A stretch of 34,274 nucleotides of DNA from an uncultured Syntrophorhabdus sp. (GTDB lineage Bacteria; Desulfobacterota; BSN033; UBA1163): NCBI GenBank assembly GCA_964599175.1, contig CAZREE010000005.1, positions 1 to 34,274 on the forward strand. The letters are read 5' to 3'. The notes under the pieces were generated by a model. That model had not been told where the DNA came from, did no database searches, and saw nothing but the letters and a program-made list of their open reading frames with translations. Of this stretch, positions 15,842 to 23,194 are shown in pieces; positions within the stretch are counted from its first letter, which is position 1, and every line of letters starts with the position of its first letter. A program made the position numbers and the translations under genes.

Positions 15842-16915
15842 TTAGGTGATCAATGAAGAAATGACGTTGTCTATTGCAAGCCTTTTTAATGTCGCTCTGC
15901 GATTCTCCATAAAAGATTCGATCCCTGCTTTCAATTTCAGTGAGACCATCCTCTCTTTAGGCAACTCTTCTTCAAGGCGGAACATGACAGAACGGAATGA
16001 CTCAACCAGGCCTTTTGAAATATCGTCCTTTCCCGCTTCCCCTGTGAAGCGAATCGTTCCGTTCCCATATTCAAACTCTCCGGCAAATGGATCAAGAAAT
16101 CCAAACTCTTCTGATTTCTCAATCAGGGCCTTCTTGAAGGCCTTCTTGAAGGTTCCTCCGGAAGAAAGACTGTCCACTATTTTTTCAGAACTGGAAAGAA
16201 ACTCCTGGAAGAGGAGAAGAAGCTCCTTGAACCTTTCCTCTCTTTCCATGGGTTCCGCCCCGTTTCCATCGACCAGGCCCGTTTCTTTCTGCTCTAATTC
16301 AACCTCCCCAACGAGCCGGGGCTCGCTTTTTTTCCCGTAAACGCTAAAAAATGCGCCGTGTTGTGTGGTGTTTTCAATGAAGACAGGAATGGACATGCGG
16401 CCGAAGACCGAAGAGCCTGTCTTAGGGGTGGTGAACATTTCCATTGGTTCGCCCTCTTCGAGAAAGAGGATCCCCATGGGGCGATGTTCTTGGGTTGCCA
16501 CTTCAATATAGCCCGTAAGCTTTTCTTCCTTCAATTTCACAAGAAACTGATCGAACCGGACGAAATCGGTGGAGAGGTCTTTAAAGAGCAGGGGTTGGTT
16601 AAGGTTGTTGACGATAAGGGCTACCTGCTCAGGAGGCAAACGGTAGATGCTGAGCACCCCATCTTTCTTTTTTGAGAAGGCAAAAAGTGTCTTCACCGCC
16701 TCTTTTCCGATAATGCTTCCGGAACCCTCTCCGGATTGAACTTCCCCATTGACGATCTCTCCAGAGTCTATAAAGAGAAATCCTCTCCCCTCGGGAAAGT
16801 CCATCTCAATCGTTCCGCAGAAACCCTCTAAACTCATGGTGTCAATCAATGCAACAAGGTCTGTATAGGCGGTCGATAAATTTTTATGAACGGCTTCTCC
16901 CCTGGGGAAGATCAT
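15842..16915 (-). CDS. hypothetical soluble protein with two PATAN/DUF4388-like repeats and a helical C-terminal domain
   Basis: 357 aa with GGAGG Shine-Dalgarno sequence. Two internally similar units: LEGFCGTIEMDFPEGRGFLFIDSGEIVNG... and KLTGYIEVATQEHRPMGILFLEEGEPMEM.... The family call rests on resemblance only. Confidence 0.45.
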   Translation of the reverse strand: MIFPRGEAVHKNLSTAYTDLVALIDTMSLEGFCGTIEMDFPEGRGFLFIDSGEIVNGEVQSGEGSGSIIGKEAVKTLFAFSKKKDGVLSIYRLPPEQVALIVNNLNQPLLFKDLSTDFVRFDQFLVKLKEEKLTGYIEVATQEHRPMGILFLEEGEPMEMFTTPKTGSSVFGRMSIPVFIENTTQHGAFFSVYGKKSEPRLVGEVELEQKETGLVDGNGAEPMEREERFKELLLLFQEFLSSSEKIVDSLSSGGTFKKAFKKALIEKSEEFGFLDPFAGEFEYGNGTIRFTGEAGKDDISKGLVESFRSVMFRLEEELPKERMVSLKLKAGIESFMENRRATLKRLAIDNVISSLIT

Positions 16916-16931
16916 CTTTGCCTCCGCAAAA

Positions 16932-17042
16932 AGTTCGGAGTCATGAGCTCGTAGTTCGGAGGTTTTTAGATTCTTAATACACCATTTAATATCGGAATTC
17001 TTTATCCTAATCTCCGAACTCCGAACTAAATTACTCCGAACT
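16932..17042. repeat. inverted arrays of the 9-mer AGTTCGGAG / CTCCGAACT
   Basis: AGTTCGGAG at 16932-16940 and 16953-16961. CTCCGAACT at 17012-17020 and 17034-17042, plus CCGAACT at 17021-17027. Confidence 0.75.
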
Positions 17043-18004
17043 TAACTTTTTCCTTCTTTCCTTTTTTGCAATCGCTCGATGGCGGCTTTAACGCTCGTCT
17101 GCATCCTTTCTATCGAATCAGCCAATACGGCCACCTCTCCCTTGGCCTTTACATTTATCGGGGTGTCCAGATCTCCCATGCTGATCTTATCCGCCACCTC
17201 TGCGAGGTGGAGAATGGGTTTGATCACAGATCGGGCATAGAAGAAGATCCTCACCAACAGGATGAGAATGACACCAAGGACGACGATGTAAAAGATTCTG
17301 ATTCTGTTCTCATACTCCTCTGAATATCTTCTCTCAATCTCTTTCATCTTCGACTCAATCGCTTTTGAGGGTTTTGAGAATTCGTCGATGTAAGTGGTTG
17401 CCGCCACAATAAGGTCCGTTCCCTTAACCGCCGCCAGATACATATACTTGGGGCGGATCTTTCCATCCGCATCCTTCCAGTCATAATAGCCGGAGGCCGG
17501 ACCCCTCAGGCTCGCCTCCAGAATCTTCCAGAAGGCGGGAAATCGATCTGAAAGCTGACGCAGGTCGGACCCGACGATCTGGGGGTTGACATGAAAATGG
17601 TTGATCGCATTCGTATCATGGACAGCCGTATAACCGGTCTCTCCAACCTTCTGGACAGCGATCTCCTTCAATGCGGGGTCTCTCAAGATGTCTTCTCTTT
17701 TCATCTTTGGAGGCCGGGATTTGATGAAGATCTCCATCTGGGCAGCTACATCTGTGGCTTTCTCCCGGATGATCTTCTCTCCCATTCGGTCCAGAGAAGA
17801 CTGAGATTCCTTTGTGGAAGCGATGTTCAATTCCTTTAAACTCTCGGACCCAATGTCTTTGATGCTGGTAAACCGGTATTCTCCTACATCCCAACTATAG
17901 AAGACCAGGCTCCCAATAATAGCAAAGGCGACCAGAATCGGGATAACAACTCCGAGCACCAGTTTCGGTAACAGGCCAAATCTCACTTTCTGTTTATCTG
18001 CCAT
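17042..18004 (-). CDS. membrane sensor: TM - Cache-like extracytoplasmic domain - TM - HAMP, with no output domain
   Basis: Start re-set to the ATG at 18004 (AAGGAGG Shine-Dalgarno sequence). TM helices LLPKLVLGVVIPILVAFAIIGSLVFY and IFYIVVLGVILILLVRIFFYA. Cache-like segment YYDWKDADGKIRPKYMYLAAVKGTDLIVAATTYIDEF. HAMP segment SVIKPILHLAEVADKISMGDLDTPINVKAKGEVAVLADSIERM. The protein ends about 25 aa later. Confidence 0.7.
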   Translation of the reverse strand: MADKQKVRFGLLPKLVLGVVIPILVAFAIIGSLVFYSWDVGEYRFTSIKDIGSESLKELNIASTKESQSSLDRMGEKIIREKATDVAAQMEIFIKSRPPKMKREDILRDPALKEIAVQKVGETGYTAVHDTNAINHFHVNPQIVGSDLRQLSDRFPAFWKILEASLRGPASGYYDWKDADGKIRPKYMYLAAVKGTDLIVAATTYIDEFSKPSKAIESKMKEIERRYSEEYENRIRIFYIVVLGVILILLVRIFFYARSVIKPILHLAEVADKISMGDLDTPINVKAKGEVAVLADSIERMQTSVKAAIERLQKRKEGKS

Positions 18005-18221
18005 AAAGACCTCCTTAAAAGGGACAAAGTATTCATTCAATGGGGAACGGTAACGAGGCCCGTATCGTTCGTAAAAGGCCGCGTTTATCATCTTTTAATT
18101 CTTATTTACATAACCGTCACCGAATGACGAAACGGGCTTCGTAACTTTAACCGTAACCCAGGAAATTGGTTGATTCTTGTTACTCGTGCTTAACGACCCT
18201 GTCATGAATGCTTTCTCAGAA

Positions 18222-19001
18222 CTAGAGAAGCTTCATGGCGACCCTTAAAAATTCATTTCGCTTCAGGGAATTTGGGATTTCCTCGCTTACCGCCTCCATA
18301 AAAGGCAATGCCCGTTCCTCAGGGAAAGTCTCTTTGCTCTCCCCAAATTCAACCAGTTTATCATCAATCACGAAAGAAGCGACCGGCCCCATCACCTTTT
18401 TTAATTCCAGTTCGAGGACAGAGAAAAAATCCCCTCTCACCGACTTTTTCTTCGCATAGGCCCGATCATCCACCTTCTCCAGCAATCCCATCTGGAAGAG
18501 ATGAAAAACCGTCTTTAAGGCCCTGTACTCATCCCACCCCAGGGCTTTGGCAATTTCTTGAATTGTCTTCGTCCCATTCGAGAGAGCCAACACGTTCCAT
18601 TGATCCGCGCTGATATTCTTTTCCTTTCCATCCTGCTTTAAAGAAAGTCGGAAAACCGTATGGGGGGATGGAATGACCTCTTTGATTTTCTCAAATTCCT
18701 GCTTTCGAGAAGACCAATTCAGGAATAGTTGTTCGGTCGTGATGGAAATGGTTCTCTCTTTTGGAAGGGCTCCCGGATCAAAAGTGATTCTCCCGGCCAT
18801 CCAGCTCATTATTGTAAAAAACGCGTTCTCGCCGGTAAAATGATTGGTCTTGGCATGGACGATATCCCCGACCTCAAGGCAGATTTCACCACCCTCTTTC
18901 CCTTTGATGAAGACTTGGCCTGTCTTTTTTTCTGTTAATAAAGGTTTCAGAATCTCAAAAAGTTTGACCTGAGAAAGGTCTCCGAGGATGGTTTCAGACA
19001 T
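18222..19001 (-). CDS. DUF4388 (PATAN-type) domain protein with winged-helix-like middle segment
   Basis: 259 aa. The N-terminus GDLSQVKLFEILKPLLTEKKTGQVFIKGKEGGEICLEVGDIVHA...GENAFFTIMSWMAGRITF matches the DUF4388 pattern as I recall it. No Shine-Dalgarno sequence precedes the ATG. Confidence 0.6.
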   Translation of the reverse strand: MSETILGDLSQVKLFEILKPLLTEKKTGQVFIKGKEGGEICLEVGDIVHAKTNHFTGENAFFTIMSWMAGRITFDPGALPKERTISITTEQLFLNWSSRKQEFEKIKEVIPSPHTVFRLSLKQDGKEKNISADQWNVLALSNGTKTIQEIAKALGWDEYRALKTVFHLFQMGLLEKVDDRAYAKKKSVRGDFFSVLELELKKVMGPVASFVIDDKLVEFGESKETFPEERALPFMEAVSEEIPNSLKRNEFLRVAMKLL

Positions 19002-19014
19002 AAAAGATTAATTC

Positions 19015-19030
19015 TGCAAAATAAATGCCA
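19015..19030 (-). promoter_or_regulatory. sigma-54 (-24/-12) promoter match
   Basis: Minus strand reads TGGCATTTATTTTGCA, which is TGGCA-N6-TTGCA with GG-N10-GC spacing. It ends 13 nt before the ATG at 19001. It is the only such match I found on either strand. Confidence 0.5.
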
Positions 19031-19147
19031 GACTTCTTTTTGTATCATTTTCTTAAAGATTAACGCTAACCCATTAATATCTCTATCATTTCAATATTGT
19101 TTCACTTAAAAATAAGGCGGGAGTAATGGGCCTGGAATATATGACGT

Positions 19148-19164
19148 TGGTTAAATATTGACCA
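19148..19164. promoter_or_regulatory. imperfect palindrome TGGTTA-N5-TGACCA, possible enhancer-binding-protein site
   Basis: TGGTTAAATATTGACCA, centred about 127 bp upstream of the -24 element. Confidence 0.25.
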
Positions 19165-19262
19165 GTTATATGCCTTTTTTTTATTCAGGAAACATTATCG
19201 CCGAAAATAACCTTTGATTCTAATATTGCAATCCGTGACGATTAGATAGAAAATAAAATCTC

Positions 19263-19333
19263 TAACCCCCCTTTCCGCCTGAGGCGGATCCGCTTTGGGC
19301 GGAAAATTAAGGGGGGGGAATAGAGGGGGGTTA
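19263..19333. repeat. G/C-tract nested hairpin element
   Basis: TAACCCCCC (19263-19271) pairs with GGGGGGTTA (19325-19333). Inner hairpins are CCGCC-TGA-GGCGG and CCGC-TTTGG-GCGG. Inner CCCCCCTT can pair with AAGGGGGG. Confidence 0.65.
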
Positions 19334-19374
19334 CGAATTTTCATGGTTCGAGGGTGCCCTCCTGGCATGGGGCA

Positions 19375-20043
19375 TTAATTCTTGATTTGAATTGAGTTCA
19401 CCATCTCCATAAAGCTTTTCTCGAATATCTGAAAAACCTTTTTCTCATTTCCCGAAAAAACATCCTTCTCCCAGTCTTTTCCCTCTTTCGAGACCTTCAC
19501 CCCAAAGGAGTTTACATCTTTTGAATACCGGACCAAAACACCATGCTCTCCAAGATAGATGAACTGGAATTGTCCCTGTAGAGCCCAGTGGCTTGGAATG
19601 GCGACTCCTTTTTTGACAATAGGCTGGAGGGATTTGGCATCGGGATTCCATGCCATCAACTGGATCAGATACTCTATCTCTAAATCACCCTTTTTGACCT
19701 TACCCTTTGAATACATTCTCTTCTCGGAGTAAGGTTTAAGTGTTGGGGCGGTCATGGGCAATGCCTGTGGATTCGTCTTATCCGCGATCTGGACGATAAA
19801 CAACTCTTCCGCCTTTTTCTTCCTATCTTTTATAAAAAAATAGACCCTCGTCAGCGAACTCTCAGCCGGGTTGTCATGGGAGAAAGAATGAATGAGCTTT
19901 AAATCTGAAGGAGTCGTTGAGGTAAACGGCGGTTTTTGAGAGGTTAATTTTCCCCCCTGAATGTCTAAATCCTTTGGAGCTGTAAATCCAAAACGTATTA
20001 ATATAAAAAAAAGAAGGACTGATAATATGACAACCTTTTTCAT
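19375..20043 (-). CDS. secreted hypothetical protein
   Basis: 222 aa with signal peptide MKKVVILSVLLFFILIRFGFTA. GAGGAA upstream. Lies 95 nt downstream of dctM-3 on the same strand. No family recognised. Confidence 0.55.
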   Translation of the reverse strand: MKKVVILSVLLFFILIRFGFTAPKDLDIQGGKLTSQKPPFTSTTPSDLKLIHSFSHDNPAESSLTRVYFFIKDRKKKAEELFIVQIADKTNPQALPMTAPTLKPYSEKRMYSKGKVKKGDLEIEYLIQLMAWNPDAKSLQPIVKKGVAIPSHWALQGQFQFIYLGEHGVLVRYSKDVNSFGVKVSKEGKDWEKDVFSGNEKKVFQIFEKSFMEMVNSIQIKN

Positions 20044-20138
20044 GCTTTCCTCACATTCTATCGTTTCCTCCCTTCAATTGTAATGGCCTCGTAGTAATTT
20101 TGCAATAACATCACCGACCTTTTGCTTTTTCTCTTTAA

Positions 20139-21446
20139 TCACTTCATCAGGCTGGGCAAAAAGGTTACAATTTCAGGAAAGGCCGTCAGGACGATTGCCA
20201 AGATGATCTTCGCTACCCAGAAGGGAATGGATCCCTTGAAGATGGTTCCCAGCGAGACATCCTTGGCGACTCCCGCTGTCACATAGACGCAGATTCCAAC
20301 CGGAGGGGTGAGCGTTCCGATGCTGATCATAATGATCAACACGACGCCGAACCATACTCCATCAAATCCTAAACTGATGATGAGGGGGTAAATCACGGGA
20401 ACGGTCAAGGCCAGGATCGCCAGCCCCTCTACAAAACAGCCGAGAATAATATAAAAGAGATAGATCCCCACGAGGACAACATAGGGAGAGACCTCCAGCC
20501 CGGCTACGAATGCAGAAAGCGCCATTGGGATCTTGCTGACTGTGATGAACCGCCCAAAAATACCCGCTCCGATCAGGATGAGAAACAGCATGCCTGTGAC
20601 GCTGGCGGCTTCTTTAAGGGCATTTCCAAATCCCTCTCGGGTCAGATGTCGGGTTGCCAGAGAATAGATTAATGCGCCGAAAGCCCCAATCGCCGCCGCT
20701 TCTGTGGGGGTAAAAACGCCCAAATAGATTCCGCCCATAGCCAAAAGGAACAAACCGGCAATCGGGTAAAGCCTTGCGGAAAATTTTAATTTATCTGTAA
20801 AGGCCATCTTCTCTCTGGGCATGAGAGGGGCCAGGCTGGGGTTAATCTTGACCCAGAAATAAATGGTTCCAATGAACAGCAAAGCGAGGAGGATCCCCGG
20901 AAGGATGCCGCCGATCAGGAGTTTGCCGATGGACTCATAGGTCAGAATCCCATAAAGGACGAGGACCGTGCTCGGCGGGATCAGAATATCCACGCCGCCC
21001 CCGGCAGCGATACAGCCTGTGCTCAGGATGTCCTTATATTTATACCGTCTCATCTCAGGTAAGGCTACCGCAGTGAAAGTAGCGACGGTCGCTATAATCG
21101 ATCCGGAGAGGGCGCCGAAGACGCCGCAGGCGCCGATCGTCGCCATCCCCAAGCCGCCCTTCACCCTCCCCAGCCAGGCATCGAGGGCTTTATAGATCTC
21201 ACGGCCCAACCCTGCATGGAGCAAAAAAAGTCCCATCAGGACAAAAAGCGGAATGACGCTCAAGGCATGAACGCTCGCATGCGCAAAGGCGTCCATGCCC
21301 AGTTTGGCCAGCATCGCCTTTGGGCTTGAGAGATAAGCAAAGCCCAGAAGGCCGACGAAAAGCATGGACAGACCGATTGGCATCCTGAATGCCAGGATCA
21401 CGAAAAAAAGAGCGATTCCCACGATGCCGACCGTCTCGGGACTCAT
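20139..21446 (-). CDS. dctM: TRAP transporter large permease (TRAP-3)
   Basis: Start re-set to the ATG at 21446, which has an ATGA overlap with the dctQ stop. 435-aa DctM. Confidence 0.9.
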   Translation of the reverse strand: MSPETVGIVGIALFFVILAFRMPIGLSMLFVGLLGFAYLSSPKAMLAKLGMDAFAHASVHALSVIPLFVLMGLFLLHAGLGREIYKALDAWLGRVKGGLGMATIGACGVFGALSGSIIATVATFTAVALPEMRRYKYKDILSTGCIAAGGGVDILIPPSTVLVLYGILTYESIGKLLIGGILPGILLALLFIGTIYFWVKINPSLAPLMPREKMAFTDKLKFSARLYPIAGLFLLAMGGIYLGVFTPTEAAAIGAFGALIYSLATRHLTREGFGNALKEAASVTGMLFLILIGAGIFGRFITVSKIPMALSAFVAGLEVSPYVVLVGIYLFYIILGCFVEGLAILALTVPVIYPLIISLGFDGVWFGVVLIIMISIGTLTPPVGICVYVTAGVAKDVSLGTIFKGSIPFWVAKIILAIVLTAFPEIVTFLPSLMK

Positions 21447-21949
21447 TTTTTCCTCGCTTTCTCCAGGGAAACAAGAAAATCTACCAATAAAACCATACAA
21501 TAAAGCAAACAGCCGAAAGCCGCCGCAATGAGAAAAGGATAAAGAGGTAAATTGAGAACCCCGGTGACATGCTTTCCGATCCACGTGCGCTTGGCATGGG
21601 CCAGTAACTGCCAGGTCAGCACCGCCCCTAACCCTATGCTGGTCAAATAAACGATGCTATCCGTTATGGCTTGGGCCCTCGGTGAGAACTTGGCCACCAA
21701 AGCTTCCATAGCGATATGACCTTTCTGAATCTGTGTGTACCCCACCGAGAAAAAGACGATGAGCGCAAGCATAAACTCGGTCAGTTCATAGGAGCCTGTG
21801 ATGGGCGCGTCAAAGAACTTGCGTCCGGTGACATCCACGACGGTTAAAAACATCATCCCCACGAGAATGCCTAACCCGATTTTATGCACTATTCTGATGA
21901 CCGGATAGACCGTCTTCTCTACGAAATGGGCAGCTTTCATGAATGGCAT
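21443..21949 (-). CDS. dctQ: TRAP transporter small permease (TRAP-3)
   Basis: 168 aa, 4 TM helices, AAGGAG Shine-Dalgarno sequence. Confidence 0.85.
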   Translation of the reverse strand: MPFMKAAHFVEKTVYPVIRIVHKIGLGILVGMMFLTVVDVTGRKFFDAPITGSYELTEFMLALIVFFSVGYTQIQKGHIAMEALVAKFSPRAQAITDSIVYLTSIGLGAVLTWQLLAHAKRTWIGKHVTGVLNLPLYPFLIAAAFGCLLYCMVLLVDFLVSLEKARKK

Positions 21950-21983
21950 ACTGACTCCTTATCCCATTTGATTAGGGGTCTTT

Positions 21984-22034
21984 TTCCCCTCCTCCTCCGG
22001 TGCGAATCTGAGTGAATGAGGAAAAGGAGGGGAA
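21984..22034 (-). other. intercistronic stem-loop after dctP-3
   Basis: Perfect 10-bp arms TTCCCCTCCT (21984-21993) and AGGAGGGGAA (22025-22034) with a 31-nt loop. No U-run follows. TRAP-2 has an analogous hairpin at 13615-13637 (CCCCCA / TGGGGG). Confidence 0.5.
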
Positions 22035-22043
22035 ATGGGTGTG

Positions 22044-23099
22044 TTATTTCGGTCCATATTCCTTGCTGAGTTTGATCATTTCATCGAAGAATTTTTTCCC
22101 TGGAAGCCCCTTCCCCTCCATTTTTGTGATCCATGCTTTATACAGGGGGTCGGCAGCTACTCTCCACTTCTCCATTTCTGCCGGAGGCAGTTCATAGACC
22201 TGAATGCCGGCTTTTTTATGCGTGTCAACCGACTTTAACGCAAGGTCGTCATAGATCACAGCGCCTTTAATCGCCATCTTTTTCCCCATCATGTCCTCAA
22301 GTATTTTTTTGTCTTTTGGGGAAAGCTTTTCAAAGGTTTCCTTGTTCATTACAGACACCATGATTGGAACATAGGCGTTCATAATGGTTGCATGGGAAGT
22401 CACTTCATAGAGGCGGAAATGGAGGCTGGCTGACCAGGGCGTAAAAACGCCATCGATGACCCCCCTTTTGAGCATCTCATACTGCTCGCCAACCGGTGAG
22501 GTAATGGGTGAAGCCCCGAAGGCCGTAGCCAGATCCTTTGTCGCCGGACCGTGGACTCTTATTTTCATCCCCTTAAGGTCTGCCATGGTGCGAACGGGTT
22601 TCTTCGTAAACAACTGGCCCGGATCTCCTGCCCAGATCCAGCACATCTTCGTCTCCCCATACTCTTTTCTAAATTCCGGAAACCTATCCCAGAGACCGTA
22701 GAGGGTGTCGGTAATGTGTTTGGCAGAACCGAAGAGAAACGGAAGCTCAGGCCCCTCTGTGAGTGGAAATTTCCCGGGAGAGTATGCAGGCAGGGTATAC
22801 ACAAAATCAGCGATCGCTGTCACCGCAGAGTCGTAGAGGTCGCCAGGTTTGGCTAAGGTTGCTCCGGGGAAGATGGTGATCTTGACTCTTCCCTCGGTTG
22901 CCTTCTCTACCTCTTTGACCCACGGATCGATCACCTCGGCATGCATGGCATGCGACGTGGGCACGAAATGACCCCACTTCAGCTCAACGGGCTTCACCGC
23001 CTGAGCCGATGCAATTGGAATGACCGACGAACCGATCAACCCGGTCACTAAAAGTAAAACCACAGAAAAAACAATGATAGAAGACGCTCTCTTTTCCAT
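22044..23099 (-). CDS. dctP: TRAP transporter substrate-binding protein (TRAP-3), DctP family
   Basis: Start re-set to the ATG at 23099, with AAGGAGG upstream. The ORF-track start is a TTG lying 5' of and partly within that Shine-Dalgarno sequence. Signal peptide ending IASAQA. DctP block MADLKGMKIRV. Confidence 0.9.
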   Translation of the reverse strand: MEKRASSIIVFSVVLLLVTGLIGSSVIPIASAQAVKPVELKWGHFVPTSHAMHAEVIDPWVKEVEKATEGRVKITIFPGATLAKPGDLYDSAVTAIADFVYTLPAYSPGKFPLTEGPELPFLFGSAKHITDTLYGLWDRFPEFRKEYGETKMCWIWAGDPGQLFTKKPVRTMADLKGMKIRVHGPATKDLATAFGASPITSPVGEQYEMLKRGVIDGVFTPWSASLHFRLYEVTSHATIMNAYVPIMVSVMNKETFEKLSPKDKKILEDMMGKKMAIKGAVIYDDLALKSVDTHKKAGIQVYELPPAEMEKWRVAADPLYKAWITKMEGKGLPGKKFFDEMIKLSKEYGPK

Positions 23100-23194
23100 T
23101 TTTCCCTCCTTATTCAAAAACCCGATGAATTCCCTTCCGATCTTTTACTCCCTTTATTCTCCGTTGAAATACGTTGTGGTCTTACCACCTCCTC

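Noticed and set aside
16932-17042. Could the short tandem or inverted oligomer arrays (here and at 24155-24182) be a CRISPR array?
   Set aside because: The units are 7-9 nt with no 25-40-nt repeats or unique spacers. No cas genes are in the window.
21447-21584. N-terminal extension of dctM-3; similar TTG- or ATG-extended starts occur at 13127, 13656, 18091, 23117, 25390, 27108, 28349 and 34210
   Set aside because: The extensions overlap the upstream gene or contain the real Shine-Dalgarno sequence. The internal ATGs give ATGA coupling or canonical SD spacing and family-typical N-termini.
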